Positions 37,999-42,286 of a stretch of 42,286 nucleotides of DNA are shown here, piece after piece. The position numbers were made by a program, and so were the translations under genes. Where the stretch lies: contig JAGHSB010000075.1 in NCBI GenBank assembly GCA_018066075.1, positions 1-42,286 on the forward strand, read 5' to 3'. Origin of the DNA: Candidatus Treponema scatequi (GTDB lineage Bacteria > Spirochaetota > Spirochaetia > Treponematales > Treponemataceae). How positions within the stretch are numbered: position 1 is the first letter of the stretch; each line of letters begins with the position of its first letter. The notes beneath the pieces are model-generated. The model saw only the letters and a list, made by a program, of their open reading frames with translations, was not told where the DNA came from and did not search any database.

Positions 37999-38026
37999 AT
38001 ATTAGCATACAATTAACATAATGCAA
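37999..38026 (-). promoter_or_regulatory. Sigma70-type promoter for the candidate sRNA
   Basis: Minus strand TTGCAT (38026-38021), 16 nt, TAATAT (38004-37999) with TGn extension. Confidence 0.65.
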
Positions 38027-38062
38027 GAAAAAAAGTTGATTTAAAAAAACTTTTTTTCTTGC
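38023..38062. repeat. Perfect 15-bp inverted repeat between the divergent sRNA and purH promoters
   Basis: GCAAGAAAAAAAGTT (38023-38037), 10-nt spacer, AACTTTTTTTCTTGC (38048-38062). Confidence 0.7.
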
Positions 38063-38100
38063 TTTTTTTAAATTCGTGTTATTTTACTTTGGAAACTTTA

Positions 38101-38129
38101 TTGAAATTTTCACCTATTTTTAATACTAT
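38101..38129 (+). promoter_or_regulatory. Sigma70-type promoter giving a leaderless or near-leaderless purH mRNA
   Basis: TTGAAA (38101-38106), 17 nt, TACTAT (38124-38129); ATG follows after 7 nt; no SD. Confidence 0.65.
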
Positions 38130-38136
38130 CTAAAGT

Positions 38137-39309
38137 ATGAAAGAACTTGAACTAAAGTATGGATGCAATCCGAACCAAAAACCTGCAAAGGTTTTTATGG
38201 AAAATGGCGATCTTCCAATTACCGTTGTAAATGGAAGACCTGGATTTATCAACCTTTTGGACGCTCTTAATGGCTGGCAGCTTGTAAAAGAATTAAAAGA
38301 AGCTACTGGTCTTGCTGCAGCAACTTCATTTAAACATGTAAGCCCTGCCGGCGCTGCAGTTGGACTCCCTTTGTCAGATACTTTAAAGAAGATTTATTTC
38401 ACAGATGATGTGGAACTTACTCCACTTGCATGTGCTTATGCTCGTGCGCGCGGTGCTGACCGTATGTCTTCTTTTGGTGACTTCATTTCGTTAAGTGATG
38501 TTTGTGACAAAGCAACAGCTCTTCTTATCAAGAAGGAAGTTTCTGACGGTGTTATCGCACCTGGTTTCTCTCCTGAAGCTTTAGAGATCCTCAAAGCAAA
38601 GAAAGGTGGAAACTACTGTGTAATTCAGATTGACCCGAATTACGTTCCGGCCGATCTCGAAAGAAAGCAGGTATTCGGTGTTACATTTGAACAGGGACAC
38701 AACTTTTTGAAAATCGACAATTCTGTTCTTAACAACATTGTTACAAAGAACAAGAACTTGTCAGAAGATGACAAAAGAAACCTTGTAATCTCTTTGATTA
38801 CTCTCAAATATACACAGTCAAACTCAGTATGTTTCGTAAAAGACGGACAGGCAATCGGTATCGGTGCCGGACAGCAGTCACGCGTACATTGTACACGCCT
38901 TGCTGGTCAGAAAGCCGACAACTGGTGGCTCAGACAGTCTCCAAAAGTACTCGGACTTCAGTTCGTAGACGGAATCAAACGCGCTGACCGCGACAATGCA
39001 ATCGATGTTTACATCGGAAGCGAATACATGGATGTTCTCGCAGAAGGAAAATGGCAGAACATCTTTAAAGTAAAACCAGAAGTATTTACTGCAGAAGAAA
39101 AAGCAGAATGGATCAAACAGAACAACAACGTTGCTGTAGGATCTGATGCATTCTTCCCATTCGGTGACAACATCGAACGCGCAAGAAAATCTGGCGTTAC
39201 AGTTGTAGTTCAGCCGGGCGGCTCTGTTCGCGATGACCTTGTTATCGAAGCAGCTGATAATTACAACATGGTAATGTGTTTTAATGGAATAAGATTGTTC
39301 CATCACTAA
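38137..39309 (+). CDS. purH: AICAR formyltransferase, short PurH-type lacking the N-terminal IMP cyclohydrolase domain
   Basis: Starts at LKYGCNPNQ; SFKHVSPAG, ADRMSSFGD, KYTQSNSV, GAGQQSR, SDAFFPF, QPGGSVRD, RLFHH; 390 aa. Confidence 0.9.
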   Translation: MKELELKYGCNPNQKPAKVFMENGDLPITVVNGRPGFINLLDALNGWQLVKELKEATGLAAATSFKHVSPAGAAVGLPLSDTLKKIYFTDDVELTPLACAYARARGADRMSSFGDFISLSDVCDKATALLIKKEVSDGVIAPGFSPEALEILKAKKGGNYCVIQIDPNYVPADLERKQVFGVTFEQGHNFLKIDNSVLNNIVTKNKNLSEDDKRNLVISLITLKYTQSNSVCFVKDGQAIGIGAGQQSRVHCTRLAGQKADNWWLRQSPKVLGLQFVDGIKRADRDNAIDVYIGSEYMDVLAEGKWQNIFKVKPEVFTAEEKAEWIKQNNNVAVGSDAFFPFGDNIERARKSGVTVVVQPGGSVRDDLVIEAADNYNMVMCFNGIRLFHH

Positions 39310-39317
39310 GATTATTA

Positions 39318-39439
39318 AAGGGGAGTGCCCCTTAAACCCCGATATTTCTGGGAGGGAGAGAAACCGCTACTTCGAAGCGTGGTTTCTTTCCCTCCCAGAC
39401 CCTCCCTCTTTTCCTGCACGACCAAAGCTCCCGCTTTGG
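39318..39439. repeat. GC-rich multi-hairpin palindromic element (REP/MITE-like)
   Basis: AAGGGG-AGTG-CCCCTT; 19-bp arms TCTGGGAGGGAGAGAAACC / GGTTTCTTTCCCTCCCAGA (39347-39399); CCAAAGC-TCCC-GCTTTGG (39422-39439). Confidence 0.7.
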
Positions 39440-39505
39440 AAATGGAAGTGTAACAAGTAGCAAAAAATAGAGTTTCAAGCATCTAAATATCTAAGAGGTT
39501 TTCTA

Positions 39506-40180
39506 ATGAAAAAATTTTTTACAATACTGTTAATTTCCCTTTTGGCATTTTCATCTTTTGCAGACGGATATACAATTCGTGATAAAGCGGAAGTAAATTC
39601 TTTTGATCAGATCTTTATGAAAAAATATGACAAGACACAGGATGATGCTTCTACAGTTCTTGAGATAACGGCTGCTGTTTTTCCGCTTGTATGTTTTATG
39701 GCACCTGGTGAAGATCATCTCGAAATTGGAATTACTTATGCAGAGACGATGGCAGTTGCTTTTGGATTGAGATGTCTTTTTAAGGGAACTGTAGAAAGGA
39801 CTCGTCCGTATATGTATTTTGAAGGTGCGCCGCAAAAAGATATTGATAAAGGTGATGCATACAAATCATTTATGTCGGGTCACAGTATTATGACATTTGC
39901 GGCTGCCGGTTTTACGACTTATACTTTTCTTCGTTACTGTCCCGGCTCAAAATGGACTGCACCAGTTATCGCAGCAACATGGGCTCTCGCACTTGGAACA
40001 GCAACTCTCAGAATTACAAGCGGTTCTCATTTTATGACAGATGTTCTTTCCGGTGCAGCAGTTGGAACGGCTGTCGGCTTTTTAATTCCACTTATGAATT
40101 CTTTATGGTTTGCGCCATCGTTGAAAAACTCTCCGATTGAAGTTTTGGGAAATGGCGTAGCGATAAAATTTCAGTGGTAG
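39506..40180 (+). CDS. PAP2-family membrane phosphatase
   Basis: C1 KGTVERTRP, C2 SFMSGHS, C3 RITSGSHFMTD; signal peptide; SD GAGGT. Confidence 0.88.
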   Translation: MKKFFTILLISLLAFSSFADGYTIRDKAEVNSFDQIFMKKYDKTQDDASTVLEITAAVFPLVCFMAPGEDHLEIGITYAETMAVAFGLRCLFKGTVERTRPYMYFEGAPQKDIDKGDAYKSFMSGHSIMTFAAAGFTTYTFLRYCPGSKWTAPVIAATWALALGTATLRITSGSHFMTDVLSGAAVGTAVGFLIPLMNSLWFAPSLKNSPIEVLGNGVAIKFQW

Positions 40181-40213
40181 AAATTCCACAAAAAAATCAA
40201 ACCAGGAGCTTTT

Positions 40214-41959
40214 ATGAAAAAAACAGATTGGTATAAGAACGCGGTTGTTTATCAGATTTATCCTTTTAGTTTTATGGACGCAAATAATGATGGCTGGGGT
40301 GATATCGAAGGTATTATTTCGAAGCTTGATTATTTAGTGGAACTTGGTATTACCGCCATCTGGTTTTCGCCTTTATACAAATCTCCTGACTGCGATTTTG
40401 GTTACGACATTTCTGATTACCGCGACATCGATCCAAAGTTCGGAACTCTTTCTGATTTTAAAAAACTTCTTAAAGCGTGTCACTCAAGAAAAATAAAAGT
40501 CATTATGGATATGGTTTTAAATCATTCTTCAACAGAACACGAATGGTTTAAAAAAGCGCTCAAAGATAAAAACAGTCCCTACAGAAATTATTACATCATT
40601 CGCGAAGGAAAAAAGAAAAATAACAAAGTATATCCGCCGACAAACTGGGATTCAACTTTCACCGGTTCTGCTTGGGAGCGAATTAATGGAACTGATGATT
40701 TTTACCTTCATCTTTTCTGTAAAGAACAGGCGGACTTTAACTGGGAAAATGACAAGCTTAGAAATGAGATTGTAGATATTTTCAATTTCTGGTTAAAGAT
40801 GGGAGTCGACGGATTCAGGCTTGATGTATTCAATCTCTTTTCTAAAGTGTATCCGCTTCGTGACGGTAAAAAGAAAGTCGCTGGAACTGGTGAAGAATTT
40901 TATGTCGACGGACCAAGAATGCACGAGTTTTTGCATGAGATGAATAAAAAGGCTTTCTCTAAATATGACAGCTTTACAGTTGGCGAATCTTATCACCCGC
41001 ACGAAGAAGATGCAAAAAAATATGTCGCAAAAGAAAGTAAAGAACTCGATACAATTTTCAATTTTGCACATCTTGAAAGTGACAATATCGCAAACTTAAA
41101 ATATTTCAAAAAACCATTCAGCATAAAACAATTTAAAGACGGCCTTTTCGTTCCACAAATCGAAAATTTTAAAACAGGTTGGAATACTCTTGTTCTCGAA
41201 AATCATGACAATGCAAGAAGCGTAAGCCGCTTTGGAATCGATACAAAAAGATATCGTTATGAAGCCGCAACATTTTTAGCAGCAGTAACATTCTTAGGCT
41301 TTGGAACTCCGTTTATCTTTCAGGGCCAGGAAATCGGTATGACAAATGCAGGTTTCAAATCGATTGATGATCTTAAAGATCCTGTAAGTCACTTTGTTTA
41401 CAACATGATGAAAGGTTTTTGCTTTCCAAAGGGAATTGCGTTTAACTGCATCAAATATGGTGCCCGCGATAATTCCAGAACTCCCATGCAGTGGAACTCA
41501 AAAGCAAGCGGCGGTTTTAACAAAGGTAAAACTCCGTGGCAGCGCATGAATGAAAATTATAAAGAGATAAATGTTGAAAATGATTTGAAAAGCCGAAAAT
41601 CGATTTTCAGATTTTATCAGAATGTTTTAAAAATCAAGAAAGGACTTAAGTCTGCAGTTTATGGTGAACCGAAATTGTATGATTCAAAAAATAAGAAAAT
41701 TGTCTGTTATACAAGAATGATGAAAGACGAAGGTTTTGCTGTAATTGGAAATTTCAGCAAAAGGAATGTTAAGTTCAAAGGGAGCCAGGATTTTTCTGAT
41801 GCTGTGAAAAAGTGTCTTGGTTTTAAAAATATTCGGAATGAAGAGGTGGCTGCCACAATAAAAGCCGGAAAGCTTCTGTCAAATTACTGCCAGATTGTCG
41901 AAGATGGTGGAGCAATAAAACTTCGCCCGTATGAAGTGATTGTGTCGCTTTTGAAGTGA
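40214..41959 (+). CDS. GH13 alpha-glucosidase/oligo-1,6-glucosidase
   Basis: YQIYPFSF.D.N.DG.GD, DMVLNH, GFRLDV (nucleophile), VGE, NHD, RDNSRTPMQW; SD AGGAG. Confidence 0.92.
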   Translation: MKKTDWYKNAVVYQIYPFSFMDANNDGWGDIEGIISKLDYLVELGITAIWFSPLYKSPDCDFGYDISDYRDIDPKFGTLSDFKKLLKACHSRKIKVIMDMVLNHSSTEHEWFKKALKDKNSPYRNYYIIREGKKKNNKVYPPTNWDSTFTGSAWERINGTDDFYLHLFCKEQADFNWENDKLRNEIVDIFNFWLKMGVDGFRLDVFNLFSKVYPLRDGKKKVAGTGEEFYVDGPRMHEFLHEMNKKAFSKYDSFTVGESYHPHEEDAKKYVAKESKELDTIFNFAHLESDNIANLKYFKKPFSIKQFKDGLFVPQIENFKTGWNTLVLENHDNARSVSRFGIDTKRYRYEAATFLAAVTFLGFGTPFIFQGQEIGMTNAGFKSIDDLKDPVSHFVYNMMKGFCFPKGIAFNCIKYGARDNSRTPMQWNSKASGGFNKGKTPWQRMNENYKEINVENDLKSRKSIFRFYQNVLKIKKGLKSAVYGEPKLYDSKNKKIVCYTRMMKDEGFAVIGNFSKRNVKFKGSQDFSDAVKKCLGFKNIRNEEVAATIKAGKLLSNYCQIVEDGGAIKLRPYEVIVSLLK

Positions 41960-41962
41960 GAG

Positions 41963-42286
41963 CTAACAGGAAATCTGGTTTTCTTTTTTTGAAGTGAGTT
42001 TTATAAAGAACAGTCCCTGTGTCATCATGTATGCAAAAATGACAGCACCTGTATAAAAAAAGTTGTGCGGTTCAAGAATATGTCGTATTTTTAACGGACT
42101 GAGCATATCGGATAAATCAGATTTAAAAAAGCTCATAATCAAATAAGAAATGAGCGAAAAAAGGAAAATGAAAACAGGGTAAGCGTACAGTAAAACTGTA
42201 TCTTTTCTGTTGTAAGAAAAATGCAGCTCTTTTTTTAAGAAAAGATTTTCAAAGATAAAAAAAAGATAAAGCAGTCCAATAAGAAT
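41963..42286 (-). CDS. 3' end of a membrane protein running in from outside the window (not in the ORF track)
   Basis: Open frame from the window edge, ILIGLLYLFFIFEN...YAYPVFIFLFSLISYLIM...ENQISC, stop TAG at 41965-41963; three hydrophobic segments; convergent with GH13. Confidence 0.7.
   Translation of the reverse strand: MLIGLLYLFFIFENLFLKKELHFSYNRKDTVLLYAYPVFIFLFSLISYLIMSFFKSDLSDMLSPLKIRHILEPHNFFYTGAVIFAYMMTQGLFFIKLTSKKENQISC

Noticed and set aside
38030-38136. ZMP/ZTP riboswitch upstream of purH
   Set aside because: No pfl-motif consensus, and the promoter is adjacent to the ATG.
1-42286. CRISPR array, prophage, integrase, rRNA/tRNA, and the remaining short ORFs in the track
   Set aside because: No regularly spaced repeats, phage or recombinase genes, or RNA gene consensus seen. 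The remaining short ORFs are nested in or antisense to well-supported genes.

Overview
AT-rich bacterial chromosomal segment, most consistent with a host-associated anaerobic Treponema-like spirochaete. This is inferred from CheX and CheD, the XPB gene pair, the lipoprotein signal peptides and the anaerobe-type PaaK-ACT and short PurH genes. It holds about 32 protein genes, in order: paaK-ACT; XPB helicase and its partner; two M14 deacylases; a degenerate class III cyclase; a hybrid histidine kinase; an MCP-like protein with cheD; a MinD/FlhG ATPase; threonine aldolase; an Rpn-family nuclease; a TetR-TolC-MFP-RND-PII-like-radical SAM operon; NhaC; FIST with an [FeFe]-hydrogenase-like/GGDEF/EAL fusion; a lipoprotein with a TonB-dependent receptor; cheX; gdhA; a lipoprotein; a short purH; PAP2; a GH13 glucosidase; and a partial membrane protein. 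The most interesting signals lie outside the ORF track. (1) A stand-alone, highly structured minus-strand transcript of about 200 nt at ~37793-37992 has its own promoter and terminator and repeated AGGA(C/G)G motifs, two of them in hairpin loops. It is a candidate CsrA-sequestering sRNA and/or small-peptide gene. (2) A leaderless Phe-rich leader peptide with alternative RNA pairings precedes paaK and is a candidate Phe attenuator. (3) A minimal class-II-like cobalamin riboswitch has a kissing loop onto the RBS of the lipoprotein/TBDR operon. (4) The Rpn gene contains an internal in-frame start (RpnS-like). Among the annotated ORFs, the FIST plus sensory hydrogenase-EAL pair is a candidate gas-sensing c-di-GMP module. 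No CRISPR array, rRNA, tRNA or integrase was seen. All calls come from reading the sequence by eye; no searches were run.
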